DNA of 43,929 nucleotides from Gemmatimonadota bacterium (GTDB taxonomy: Bacteria; Gemmatimonadota; Gemmatimonadetes; Gemmatimonadales; GWC2-71-9). Location: contig JBDGYW010000002.1 in NCBI GenBank assembly GCA_039588935.1, positions 2,786-46,714 of the forward strand. The letters run 5' to 3'. Positions 31,858-41,200 of this stretch are shown one piece after another (the stretch's first letter is position 1; the number at the start of each line of letters is the position of its first letter). Below the pieces are notes generated by a model. The model was not told where the DNA came from. It made no database searches and saw only the letters and a list, made by a program, of their open reading frames with translations. The translations under genes and the position numbers were made by a program.

Positions 31858-32354
31858 TGTCAAGGCAATCCATTATTAACTCAATTCCTGTTGCTCCCAT
31901 CTTTGACGGAGCAGACATTTTCAGCATCTGGAAGCGATCCGGCGCTGACGTGATGCTGGGTGCCAACGGAAAGATGGCTGGAGATATTTCTTGGGTCGGC
32001 CCAACGCGGTGTGTCCCTGTTGAGGTTGGCAAGGCTTTGGTTCGCGCAAAGCAGTCACGCATCGGATTGGGAGAGGGTTCAAACTGCACGGCACACGCAA
32101 TAATTTGTGCTGCGTATGTCATGGAGTTCTACCTTCGATATGGCCTGGGCCGACCTGCATTTGGGTGGTGCCGTCGGGAATCCTCTGTGAATCACCCGCC
32201 GCACTCTCCGCACTTCCAATGTTGGGGGATCGACGAAGAAGAAACACTCTGGACATACGATGCGAAGTGGAGCACCTTTGAGTTGTCAGGCCGAACCAGC
32301 ATGTGGTTGTACCGCATCGGAGAAGGAGACGTGTTTGCCCACATCGAAAGTTGA
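31857..32354 (+). CDS. Hypothetical protein (165 aa) with a papain/C39-like Cys motif
   Basis: TAATG overlap with the helicase gene. GEGSNCTAHAIICAAYVMEFYLRYG resembles the nucleophile helix of C39-like peptidases. This resemblance is weak. Confidence 0.55.
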   Translation: MSRQSIINSIPVAPIFDGADIFSIWKRSGADVMLGANGKMAGDISWVGPTRCVPVEVGKALVRAKQSRIGLGEGSNCTAHAIICAAYVMEFYLRYGLGRPAFGWCRRESSVNHPPHSPHFQCWGIDEEETLWTYDAKWSTFELSGRTSMWLYRIGEGDVFAHIES

Positions 32355-34374
32355 GCTAGTCTTCGACTGCGAGACCAACGGCCTCCTCGACCGTCCCGAC
32401 CTAAAGGTACACTGTATTGTGGCGCAGGATGTTGAGACTGAGGAGGTGTGGAGGTTCGCGGACGAGCCGTTCGGTAAGAACTGGAACGTGCAGGGGAGTT
32501 TGCGCGTCGGACTAGAGGCGCTTGCCCAAGCAGACCTTCTCATTGGCCACAACATCTCTGGCTTCGACATTCCCCTGCTAGATCGAATCTTCCCGGGGTG
32601 GCGTAAGCCTGGCTTGGGCCAGTGGTTCGACACAAGTCTCGTTTCCAACCAAGTGTACCCAGGCAACCTCATTATTGCGATGAGTGCCAAGTTCCGCAAC
32701 GCCAACGGAGGCCGAAGCGAGAAGAAACGCGAAGAGATCTACCCCCGCCGCCTGCTCAGCATTCGCGGAGCCCACAGCTTGGAGGCGTGGGGTTATCGAA
32801 TGCGAATGCAGAAGGGGGACTACCTCAAGGAGTTTGGCGTCCAGGAGGAGTGCTCAAAGGAACTGATTGACTACTGCGAGCAAGACGTTCGGGTAAACCG
32901 GGCTGTGTATCTTCGGCAGAGACAGCACGGAGCCAACTGGAACGAGCCTGCGATGCCGATGGAAGCCGCCATCTGCGAGAGCCAGTTTGGGTACCTGATG
33001 CACATACAGCAAGAGAATGGAGTGGGCTTCGACGAGAAGGCAGCCACTGAGCTGTATGGTAAGCTGGCTGGACGTCGTGCAGAGTTGGAGACAGAGCTTC
33101 AGCGGGACTACTTCCCAGATTGGTGGGCTCCCAAGCGTGCGATGAAGGGGGACTTCACAAATGACCTTGGTGGAGTTACGAAGAAAGGTGATGCCGCCTA
33201 CGTGATTCCAAAGCGGACGTATAAGGTACAGTACCCACATCAGTACGCTGGGAGACAAGCCGGCTGCCCTTACACGCCAATCGAGAAGAAGACCTTCAAT
33301 GCCAACGCCGACGTGGCCGACCGGTTGATAAAGCTGTATGGCTGGGAGCCAAAGGAGTTTACTGACAAGACGGCTGAGCCGAAGGTGGACGACGAGATTT
33401 TGTCTAGCCTGACGTACCCGTGCATTCCCCTGGTGAGGGAGTGCCTCGTGGTGTTGAAGCGTCTTGGCCAAATCTCCGAGGGCAAGAAGGCGTGGCTGAA
33501 GTTTGTCAAGCAGGGCAAGATCCACGGCCGAGTCAAGCCTAGCGGAACTCGAACTTCCCGATGCAGCCACAGTAATCCGAACCTAGCTCAGGTACCCAAG
33601 AACAAGAGTCCGTATGGCAAGGAATGCCGATCGTTGTTCCGTCCTACTAGGCCCGGCTGGGTCCAAGTGGGAACCGACGCTAGCGGGATCGAGCTTCGGA
33701 TGCTTGGCAACCGGATGGCGTACTACGACGGTGGCGCTCTCGCCAAGATCATCCTGCACGGAGACGTCCACGAGGAGTGGCGGCAAGCCACCGGGATGTT
33801 CTACCGGGAGAATCAGAAGACCGGCTCGTATGCGTTCCTGTACGGGGCGTGGGACGAACGCCTCGGCCTCATCGTGTTGATGGATTGGCGAGAGGCATTG
33901 GAGAAGGGACTCACTGAAAAGGTGCCGCCCACCAATGACCACGCTGTGCTTATTGGAGAGCAGTTCCGCCGGTCGCTCATGGCCCGCACCCCAGGCCTGG
34001 ACAGCCTAGTGGAGGATTGCCACCGTGCGTACAAGCGGGGGTGGCTACTTAACATCGACGGTCGAGTGATCCGGGTGCTGCTCAAGCACGGATCCGTCAA
34101 CGACCTCCTCCAAGGCGACGCCGGTGTGTGTATGAAGTATGCGGCTGTGATCCGAAGCGAGGAGTTGGGGAAGCATGGCTGGCTACACGGTGTTGACTAC
34201 GCCCACATGCTCAATGTCCACGACGAGTGGCAAGACGAGACGCCCGCAGAGAATGCTGAACAGTTCGGCATGATCTCGGTGCAGGCAATCAAGACCGCTG
34301 GGGAAATGTTGAAACTTCACATCCCCCTCGACGGTGAATACAAGGTAGGAGGTAACTGGTGCGAGACACACTGA
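32335..34374 (+). CDS. Family A DNA polymerase with 3'-5' exonuclease (T7 gp5-like)
   Basis: It has Exo I (DCETNGL), Exo II (HNISGFDIPLL) and Exo III (YCEQDV). It has motif A (DASGIELRML), motif B (KTGSYAFLYGA) and motif C (VHDEW). TTG 32335, 6 nt after AAGGAG, is preferred over the track start at 32260. Confidence 0.9.
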   Translation: MPTSKVELVFDCETNGLLDRPDLKVHCIVAQDVETEEVWRFADEPFGKNWNVQGSLRVGLEALAQADLLIGHNISGFDIPLLDRIFPGWRKPGLGQWFDTSLVSNQVYPGNLIIAMSAKFRNANGGRSEKKREEIYPRRLLSIRGAHSLEAWGYRMRMQKGDYLKEFGVQEECSKELIDYCEQDVRVNRAVYLRQRQHGANWNEPAMPMEAAICESQFGYLMHIQQENGVGFDEKAATELYGKLAGRRAELETELQRDYFPDWWAPKRAMKGDFTNDLGGVTKKGDAAYVIPKRTYKVQYPHQYAGRQAGCPYTPIEKKTFNANADVADRLIKLYGWEPKEFTDKTAEPKVDDEILSSLTYPCIPLVRECLVVLKRLGQISEGKKAWLKFVKQGKIHGRVKPSGTRTSRCSHSNPNLAQVPKNKSPYGKECRSLFRPTRPGWVQVGTDASGIELRMLGNRMAYYDGGALAKIILHGDVHEEWRQATGMFYRENQKTGSYAFLYGAWDERLGLIVLMDWREALEKGLTEKVPPTNDHAVLIGEQFRRSLMARTPGLDSLVEDCHRAYKRGWLLNIDGRVIRVLLKHGSVNDLLQGDAGVCMKYAAVIRSEELGKHGWLHGVDYAHMLNVHDEWQDETPAENAEQFGMISVQAIKTAGEMLKLHIPLDGEYKVGGNWCETH

Positions 34375-34408
34375 AACACCTACTCCTGGTGGACTGTGAG
34401 GAGCTACT

Positions 34409-35212
34409 GTGAGAGTCCTCTTGCTCGACTCAGACATCGTTGCCTATCGGTTCGCCCACGCGAATGAGAGCGCAACTGCCTGGGACGAGGATACCTGGAC
34501 CTACATTGGCAACCTAGACAGAGCAAAGATGGGAGTGGAAGCTTTCTTGGCGGACATCAGCGGGTTCACTGAGTGTGGCCAGATCTACCACTACCTCAGC
34601 GACACCAAAGCCAACTGGCGGCGGGACATCATGCCACAGTACAAAGGTGAGCGGGCGGGATGGAAGATCGAGCGGCCCGGCATCCTCCCGCCAAAGCCTG
34701 GCCCCAAACGGCCGATGCTGTGGAAGCCGTTGCGTGAGTGGATCGCTGAGGAGTTTGCGGCCCTGACGGTGGGTGGGTTGGAGGGCGACGATCTCCTCGG
34801 CATGGCGGCCACAAACCCCCACATGAATCTGGGGGAGACGGTGATCGTCTCTGAGGACAAGGACATGCTCACCGTCCCTGGGCACCACTTCAACCCCCGC
34901 CGCCCACACGACGGTATCGTGGAGGTGACTCCCCGCCAAGCCGCCTACCGCCACCTCTACCAAACACTAATGGGCGACGCTACCGACGGCTACAAGGGTA
35001 TCCCGGGGGTGGGACCAAAGGGGGCTGAGAAGATTCTCGACGACGTGGATCCGGAGGGCCCCGAAGCTTGGGAGAAGGTTGTGGATGCCTACAAACGCAA
35101 GGGCCTCGACGAAGATGTTGCCCTCATGACTGCCCGTGTCGCTCACGTGATGCAGTACGGAGACTACGATGAAGAGACAAAGGAGGTGAAGCTTTGGGAA
35201 CCTGTACGCTGA
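34409..35212 (+). CDS. 5'-3' exonuclease / flap endonuclease (T7 gp6-like)
   Basis: LEGDDLLG, VSEDKDM and GDATDGYKGIPGVGPKGAEK (H3TH) are present. GTG 34409 lies 5 nt after GAGGAG. Confidence 0.85.
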   Translation: MRVLLLDSDIVAYRFAHANESATAWDEDTWTYIGNLDRAKMGVEAFLADISGFTECGQIYHYLSDTKANWRRDIMPQYKGERAGWKIERPGILPPKPGPKRPMLWKPLREWIAEEFAALTVGGLEGDDLLGMAATNPHMNLGETVIVSEDKDMLTVPGHHFNPRRPHDGIVEVTPRQAAYRHLYQTLMGDATDGYKGIPGVGPKGAEKILDDVDPEGPEAWEKVVDAYKRKGLDEDVALMTARVAHVMQYGDYDEETKEVKLWEPVR

Positions 35213-35601
35213 GTGTTGAATGCCCTGAGGTCCAAAAGGATTGTTGGAACTGTGCATGGAATGAAGACACCGGTCAAGATTTCCATGTGCTAGGAGCCAA
35301 AGACGACTCCGACAAGCTGCCGGTGGAGTTGGTGCCTCCGGAAATGATTGAGGCAGTAGCGGAGGTCATGGACTTCGGGCGGCAGAAGTACACAGAAGAC
35401 GGTTGGAAGTTGGTGCCTGATGCTTACCGCCGATTCACAGCTTCCGCTCTACGACACATCTACGCCATCCTCCGGGGTGAGCTGATCGACGAGGACAGCG
35501 GGAAGCCACACGTCTACCACTTCGCCTGCGATGCAGGGTTTCTCTGCTACTTCCACAAACGGGGGATTGCGTGTCAGGTGTTTCCGACGGACAAATCGTG
35601 A
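35194..35601 (+). CDS. DUF5664-like (dATP/dGTP diphosphohydrolase N-terminal-domain-like) protein
   Basis: DSDKLPVELVPPEMIEAVAEVMDFGRQKY...W...RRFTASALRHIYA...DEDSGKPHVYHFACDAGFL fits that family pattern. TTG 35194 lies 7 nt after GGAGG. Confidence 0.45.
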   Translation: MGTCTLSVECPEVQKDCWNCAWNEDTGQDFHVLGAKDDSDKLPVELVPPEMIEAVAEVMDFGRQKYTEDGWKLVPDAYRRFTASALRHIYAILRGELIDEDSGKPHVYHFACDAGFLCYFHKRGIACQVFPTDKS

Positions 35602-36008
35602 TGCGCGCTGACGTTTTCAAAACGTGGGAGCGAACTCCCCTGGGCCGGTTACTTCCTCGGCTGGAGGAGTGGCTCATGATGAATTTTCCGACACCGTACC
35701 CAGTGAAGCTGACGTACACAGCTGCGAAATTCAAACACGACGGGGAGGAATGCGATGGACTCACTGATCGAAAGGGCAAGAAGTTATTCATCATGATCCG
35801 CAACAAAAAATGCCGTGGGTGTATGGTGGAAACGGTGCTTCACGAGTGGGCCCACGCGCACACGTGGGGGCACGCAGCGGTTGACTATCTCCGCCCTGAT
35901 GAAGGCCATGACGACGTGTACTACCTCGCCTACGGGAAGATTCGTCGCAAGCTATTCTACCAGGGAGGACAAGAGGAGGTGCTAAAGCTATGCGCGACGA
36001 CCAATTGA
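35601..36008 (+). CDS. Putative zinc metallopeptidase-like protein (HExxH; SprT/metzincin-like spacing)
   Basis: Contains LHEWAHAHTWGH (HExxHxxxxxH). ATG 35601 forms a TGATG overlap with the previous stop. The track start at 35571 is rejected. Confidence 0.4.
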   Translation: MRADVFKTWERTPLGRLLPRLEEWLMMNFPTPYPVKLTYTAAKFKHDGEECDGLTDRKGKKLFIMIRNKKCRGCMVETVLHEWAHAHTWGHAAVDYLRPDEGHDDVYYLAYGKIRRKLFYQGGQEEVLKLCATTN

Positions 36009-36622
36009 ACGGAGCCGCACTGAAGGACCACCACCAGTCTGTCTCTATTGCAACGTACACCGGACTGGAAGTGTTCCCGTTCGATCCCAGGAAGGAACAG
36101 ATCTGCCTGGAGGACATTGGACACGCACTAGCCATGAAGTGTCGGTTCACTGGGCATACCCGAGTACACTACAGTGTGGCCCAGCACTCCGTGTTGACGG
36201 CGCAGCTGGCACAGATCCGTAAGTTTCCTCTGGAGGTTCAGAAGCAGGCTCTCCTCCATGATGCCTCCGAAGCCTACTTCCCCGACGTGGCGAGCCCGTT
36301 GAAGAAGTCGCTGTGGGTGGCGGATCCCATCGACGTCGAGTGGGATAAATATGATGGCCACAACTGGAGCCCCTACAAGGAAGCCGAGAACTCCCTCCAA
36401 CGCTGCATCTACTCCGCCTTTGGCGTTGACCTTGTTGAGCACCCGGCTGTCAAAGCCTTCGACGCCGACGTCTACCACCGCGAGAAGTGGTCGCTGATGC
36501 CGGAGGTGAAAAACTTTGAAACGCCGAAGCCTGCATGTGACGTCCCGTTGGTGTATCCATGTTCACCAGCCGCAGCGAAGTATGACTTCATGGCGCTGGC
36601 GAAGAGTCTGGGGTTGAAGTGA
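35990..36622 (+). CDS. HD-domain phosphohydrolase
   Basis: Contains LEDIGHALAMKCRFTGHT..YSVAQHS...ALLHDASEAYFPDVASPLKK. Confidence 0.7.
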   Translation: MRDDQLNGAALKDHHQSVSIATYTGLEVFPFDPRKEQICLEDIGHALAMKCRFTGHTRVHYSVAQHSVLTAQLAQIRKFPLEVQKQALLHDASEAYFPDVASPLKKSLWVADPIDVEWDKYDGHNWSPYKEAENSLQRCIYSAFGVDLVEHPAVKAFDADVYHREKWSLMPEVKNFETPKPACDVPLVYPCSPAAAKYDFMALAKSLGLK

Positions 36623-37467
36623 CCTTCTACCAGATCCTCGAAGACTACCTTCAGCACACGAAGGTGTATGGAAAGGGGCGCACTGTTGATCAAGTGCGGT
36701 TCCACGGGGACAAACTGGCTGACCACTTCGGCACCCAAGACATGGATACCCTGTCTTCAACTGCTGTTGATGAGTTCATCCAGGGAAAGATCAGGAAGGG
36801 GTGGGCTCCCGCCACGGTGAACGGCGCACTCCGCGTCTACAAGGCCGCCATGCGCCACTCCGGCCGTGGGTGCAAGGTGCGGATGATGAAGGTCACCAAG
36901 AAGCTCCCGACGGTGCTTAACAAAGCCCAGGTGGATCTTCTCGTGGGGACAGCCGAGGAGGGATCTGACGAGCACCTCGCCATCCTGATAGCCGCCCACG
37001 CTGGCTTGCGTCACCGGGAGATCCTGCACCTGAAAGGCTCCGACGTGGACTACCTCAAAGGATTCATCAGAGTCACAGCGAAGCCAGAAGTAAACTGGAC
37101 CCCCAAGAGCCACGAGGAGCGGGAGATCCCCCTGACCTTGAACGGCCGGCTAATGGAAGCTCTAGCCTGGCGGGCTTCTCGCCGCGGCGGTCCCAATCGG
37201 TGGCTGTTCCCTGGCTGGCGAGGCCGCCCCCGCTGCAACCTCCAGTGTGAGGTGCAGGACGTCTTCAAACGCTCCGGCCTCTACGTCCAGGAGGACAAGC
37301 CGGGTCTCCACATGCTTCGGCGTACTTGGGCGTCCAGGATGCTGGAGAGCGGTGTGGACATCAACACGGTACGGGAGCTTGGTGGGTGGAGTAACCTGGA
37401 CATTCTCCTGCGCTACCTTCGTTCGTCTGACGAAGCCAAGCGTAGGGCGGTGGAGTTGATTGAATAG
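36619..37467 (+). CDS. int: Tyrosine recombinase / integrase (small XerC/D-like)
   Basis: It has GLRHREIL (Arg), WTPKSHEEREIPL (Lys), HMLRRTWAS (HxxR), GGWSN and LLRYL (Tyr). GTG 36619 overlaps the previous stop. Confidence 0.85.
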   Translation: MTFYQILEDYLQHTKVYGKGRTVDQVRFHGDKLADHFGTQDMDTLSSTAVDEFIQGKIRKGWAPATVNGALRVYKAAMRHSGRGCKVRMMKVTKKLPTVLNKAQVDLLVGTAEEGSDEHLAILIAAHAGLRHREILHLKGSDVDYLKGFIRVTAKPEVNWTPKSHEEREIPLTLNGRLMEALAWRASRRGGPNRWLFPGWRGRPRCNLQCEVQDVFKRSGLYVQEDKPGLHMLRRTWASRMLESGVDINTVRELGGWSNLDILLRYLRSSDEAKRRAVELIE

Positions 37468-37478
37468 GAGGTAGTGAC

Positions 37479-37628
37479 ATGCCGACACTACACGCGATGG
37501 GAGTGAGAGTGGTGGTCGCTCTCTCCAGTCTCACCATCTTCGGCGCACTGTGCGTCATGATGGATTCGTATCCACCTCTCTGGGCGTGCGCGGCCGTGCT
37601 CACGTTGAGTGGGATGGCTTCGGAGTAG
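37479..37628 (+). CDS. Small two-helix membrane protein (49 aa), below the track cutoff
   Basis: ATG 37479 lies 7 nt after AGGAGG. The product is MPTLHAMGVRVVVALSSLTIFGALCVMMDSYPPLWACAAVLTLSGMASE. Confidence 0.5.
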   Translation: MPTLHAMGVRVVVALSSLTIFGALCVMMDSYPPLWACAAVLTLSGMASE

Positions 37629-37640
37629 CGCAAGCACCAC

Positions 37641-37684
37641 AAACAGCAAAAGCCCACCCGGGACTAGCCTGGGTGGGCTTTTTG
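37641..37684. terminator. Bidirectional rho-independent terminator between the convergent arms
   Basis: The stem GCCCACCC / GGGTGGGC has an 11-nt loop. TTTTT follows on the plus strand and TTTTGCTGTTTG on the minus strand. Confidence 0.8.
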
Positions 37685-37702
37685 CGTTCTATGGGCTTGG
37701 GG

Positions 37703-37990
37703 TCAGCGTCCGCTGGGAACCCTCCGTCGCACACCGCTTTGGCTGCGCCTCTTCGACGTGGCCCCCGCTCCCTTACGTGCGGTGCTCATCTTCTGACGCC
37801 GCCCGGTTGCACGCTTTGCCGCCCCGGCCGCCTTCTGGGCTGCGGTCCTGGTGATCTTGGGCGTGGTCATGGTGCTGGGGGCAGACTTCACGGGAGTGCT
37901 CGCTGTGGTCTTCTTGGCCACAGTCCCGGTGGTCTTCTTGGTGACGCCACCAAACGCGGTGGTTCGTGCTGTCGGTCTCACATACGCCAT
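37703..37990 (-). CDS. Very basic Lys/Thr/Ala-rich protein (95 aa)
   Basis: ATG 37990 lies 4 nt after the upstream stop. The product is MAYVRPTARTTAFGGVTKKTTGTVAKKTTASTPVKS...KRRSQSGVRRRVPSGR. The track version (to 38293) is rejected. Confidence 0.45.
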   Translation of the reverse strand: MAYVRPTARTTAFGGVTKKTTGTVAKKTTASTPVKSAPSTMTTPKITRTAAQKAAGAAKRATGRRQKMSTARKGAGATSKRRSQSGVRRRVPSGR

Positions 37991-37994
37991 TAGA

Positions 37995-38195
37995 TCAGCT
38001 CCTGCGCCTGGTCCGCGTAGTGGTGGTGTCGGCTGTGCGAGCAACGGCTCGCTTCCGGATGGTGGCAGGGAGGCCGGCGTTGCCGGTCCTCGCCTTGAGT
38101 CTGGTCCTGCGCGCCTTGCGCTGGGACGGCGTTGCCGCTCGTTGCCGTGTCCGGAGTGTCTCCATCCTGGTTCTGGGTTGCTGGCGTGTCGCCAT
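37995..38195 (-). CDS. Extremely Arg-rich small protein (66 aa)
   Basis: ATG 38195 lies 8 nt after AAGGAG. The product is MATRQQPRTRMETLRTRQRAATPSQRKARRTRLKARTG...TRTRRRS. Confidence 0.5.
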   Translation of the reverse strand: MATRQQPRTRMETLRTRQRAATPSQRKARRTRLKARTGNAGLPATIRKRAVARTADTTTTRTRRRS

Positions 38196-38222
38196 GTGAT
38201 TGTCTCCTTTGTCTCGCCCCGC

Positions 38223-41200
38223 CTACTCAGCGAGAGCTTCCTTGCCAGCCCGGGTCCGGAGCGCCCGCTCCTTGTACCTGGCTGAGAGTTCACTCATCAT
38301 TTTGAGGTCTTCGGGCCCCTTTGTCATGATGCCCTTGCTGCGCTCCATGACCTCCTCGATGTGCCGGGTGGACACGCCGCGCCACTTCCCCGCCTCACGC
38401 CGCTTGACGCCCTGGAGCAGGTACTTGTTCACAGCTTTGTCGTCGTCGCCGAGGCGTATGCGGAGCTGCCGGATCTCCTCCAGCGACTCGTCCATCATGC
38501 CAACCTTGCCGTTCGCGTGGCCGAACTGCCACCTCCTCCACTGAACCGATACTTCGTCCTGTAGCCGACGCTTCTCCCGTCGCACGTTGAGGAGCTGCGC
38601 TGAGACGTCGGCTTCGTAGGTCCGGAGTCCGAGAGCATTGGCAGCCACGGTGCGGAGTACACCATCCTCCAGCTGAGCCCCAGAGACCGGATGCTTCTGG
38701 CCCCGCGCGAGTTCGTAGAGGTTCATCCCGGCGTACCCAGGCGGAAGCAGCGGAGGCAGCGCCATCTTCATGGTGTGCTCCGCCATCCCAAGAGCCTTCC
38801 GTCCCATGCCTTTGGTGGGCACATCCAGGCCCAGCTGCTGCTCCATGAACCTTGGCTCAATGGGCTGGCCGGAGAACGGATCCTTGCCTGTCTTGAGGGC
38901 ATAGCCAAAGGAGAGGAAGGGGTTGGCGCTGAAGGGATCCATATGGACCCGGTCGAAGAAGGATGCCTCGACAGCTGCGGATTCGTTGAGGTTGCCCATC
39001 GGGAGCATGTAGCTGAGGTCCAGGAAGGTGGGCTTGCCATCCACCCGGAAGGGCAGGACCACCATCTTCTTATTCTGAGCATACTCAGGCAGCGCGGACT
39101 TGGCGGCCTCCAGGTCGGCCGTGTCAAACCCGGCCACTGCTCCTAGCATCTGGCTCATCGCCTCGGCCATGTGGTTGTAGAAGAACGCCCAGTGAGGTTT
39201 CTCAACCATTGCATTCTTCCACACACGCAGTGCCTCGGTAGTGAATGAGGAGAATGGGATGGCGTTCCGCACCATGTTGGTGAACGGGCTGTTCTGGTGA
39301 AACACAGGCTGGTACTTCACCACCTCAGCGGCTGCTCGCCCCCGAGCCTCCATCATGATGGCGTCAGCTCTTGACGCAGTACCCGGGCGCTGGATTGCCT
39401 CTGCAAGGATTGCATCCGGCAAGTCGGTTGTTTTTCCTTCTACAACCACTCTCGTTCCTGTTGCGGGAAGCTGGTCTGCTGCCTTGGCAATTTGACTTGC
39501 TTCAGCCCGGCGAACGTATCTTCCTTTACTTGTGACAAACCAATCATCTTCAAGATTGCGAACGTTTCCGCCTGGAGTTGCATCGAATGCTTTATCAAAT
39601 GCCTCGCCGTGAGTTCTGCCGCGGTACCATTTTCCATCAGCTTTGATCGCAGCTCCCTTGATGGATTCTCCGACCTTCGCCGCAGCTGCGGCTTCTTTTG
39701 TTAGCGCCTTCACGTACCGGTCCCGCAGCACCAGGAAGGCGTCGGCCTTCGCCAGCTCATCTACGAAGCGATACTTCCGCTCTGCCCACGAAGCGACGTC
39801 GAGGCCCTTCTCAAGAGCCTTAGACTCCTTGAGCCCAGGAATCACCTTCAACCAGTCCAGGGCTGTCACACGCTTGGCGTCGTCCGCCCCGATGTCCAGT
39901 CCCTTCCGAATCGTGTCGTGGATTTCCCGGTCGAAGGACGAGTTGGCAAACCCGGCCTCCATGATGTGCTCGAAGTCACGGTAGGCATCTGGGTCTGCGT
40001 GGGGCTTTGATCCGGCGTAGAGCGCCTTCCATCCCCGGCGGAATCCCGTGCCCATCGGACCTATGCCGCCCACGGTGAGGTGGTGAAACACGAATGCGCC
40101 GAACCAGTTGCGGATGTGGGTAGCTGGGTTGTAGGCTGTCTTCGATGCCTTGAAGTGGGTCATGGCCGTCATGTAGACTTGCCGCACGGCCGCCGGCAGC
40201 GCCTCGACGAACGCGCCCATGCCGGCGAGGTCGCGGGCAAGTGTGGGATCTACGTACTTGCCCTTCATCCCGGGCGGAACCCGACTCATGTAGCCCTTGA
40301 CACCAGCCGCCTTGAGGGCGTCGTCGATCTTGCGCCAACCCAGAACCTTCTCTACGAGTTCTTCCGTTGCCGTTCTGGAGAGTGCTTTTCCCTCGGCGCG
40401 GGCGTAGTCAACTTCGCGGAGGATTTGGTCGATGTTCCGTTTTGGGTACGTGCGGAAGAAACGCTGCTTGAGGGCGGCGTCAAGTTCGTCAGCGGGCGTA
40501 CCGCGGGCCAGGTCCACGATGTTGTCAATCAGCGTACTACCATCGGCCACCAGGGTGCTCCCCGCCATTCGCTGGAGGAAGGCCTGTCCGGCGACGAAGC
40601 TCCCGGCCTCCATCAACGCAGAGACTCCAGCAGCTGGATCAATGGCCCGGTTCATGGCTCCTTCGGTGGCGTCTAGCATGTCCGCCTCTTCTGGTGTCAG
40701 CTTGCGGCGGTGCTGGAAGCGTCGTCCGGCTTGTCTCCCGCCGGCTCCCGTAGCAGCACCAAACTTCCGACCAGCCGCAGCCGCCTCGATGACCCTGGCC
40801 TCCTCCATCTCTTTCCACACGCGAGGCCAGTACTTCTCCAGCCCCCATTCGTATGTCTCATCGGAGATGAGGCCCAAGTTGTGACTCTTCTCGTGGATGC
40901 GCAAGCGGAAGTCGGTGAGCTTCGCAGCCAGGTATCCTTCATCCTTACCAAACGCCCGCAGGATGTCCTCTGGTGCCTCTCCCCGCTCCAGTGCCAAGCC
41001 AAAGGCAGCCTTCTGCTCATCCGTCTTGAGAACCTTGTTCTCCATTCGGATCAGCTCCTCGCCCATCCTCTCATACATCGTCCGTTCTGAGGCAGCCTCG
41101 CGCGCCATGACGTCATACAAGGCCCGCCTCTCGAAGGGGTCTCCGCCACCGCTGGTCTTGATCAGGTTCTCCCACTCAGGGTCAACGTGGCTGGCGAAGG

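Noticed and set aside
37550-38285. Plus-strand ORFs 37550..37993, 37609..37854, 37851..38285 and 37966..38199 downstream of the terminator
   Set aside because: They would start at or beyond a strong plus-strand terminator, and they have no SDs and low-complexity sequence. The minus-strand small basic genes have SDs and tight coupling.
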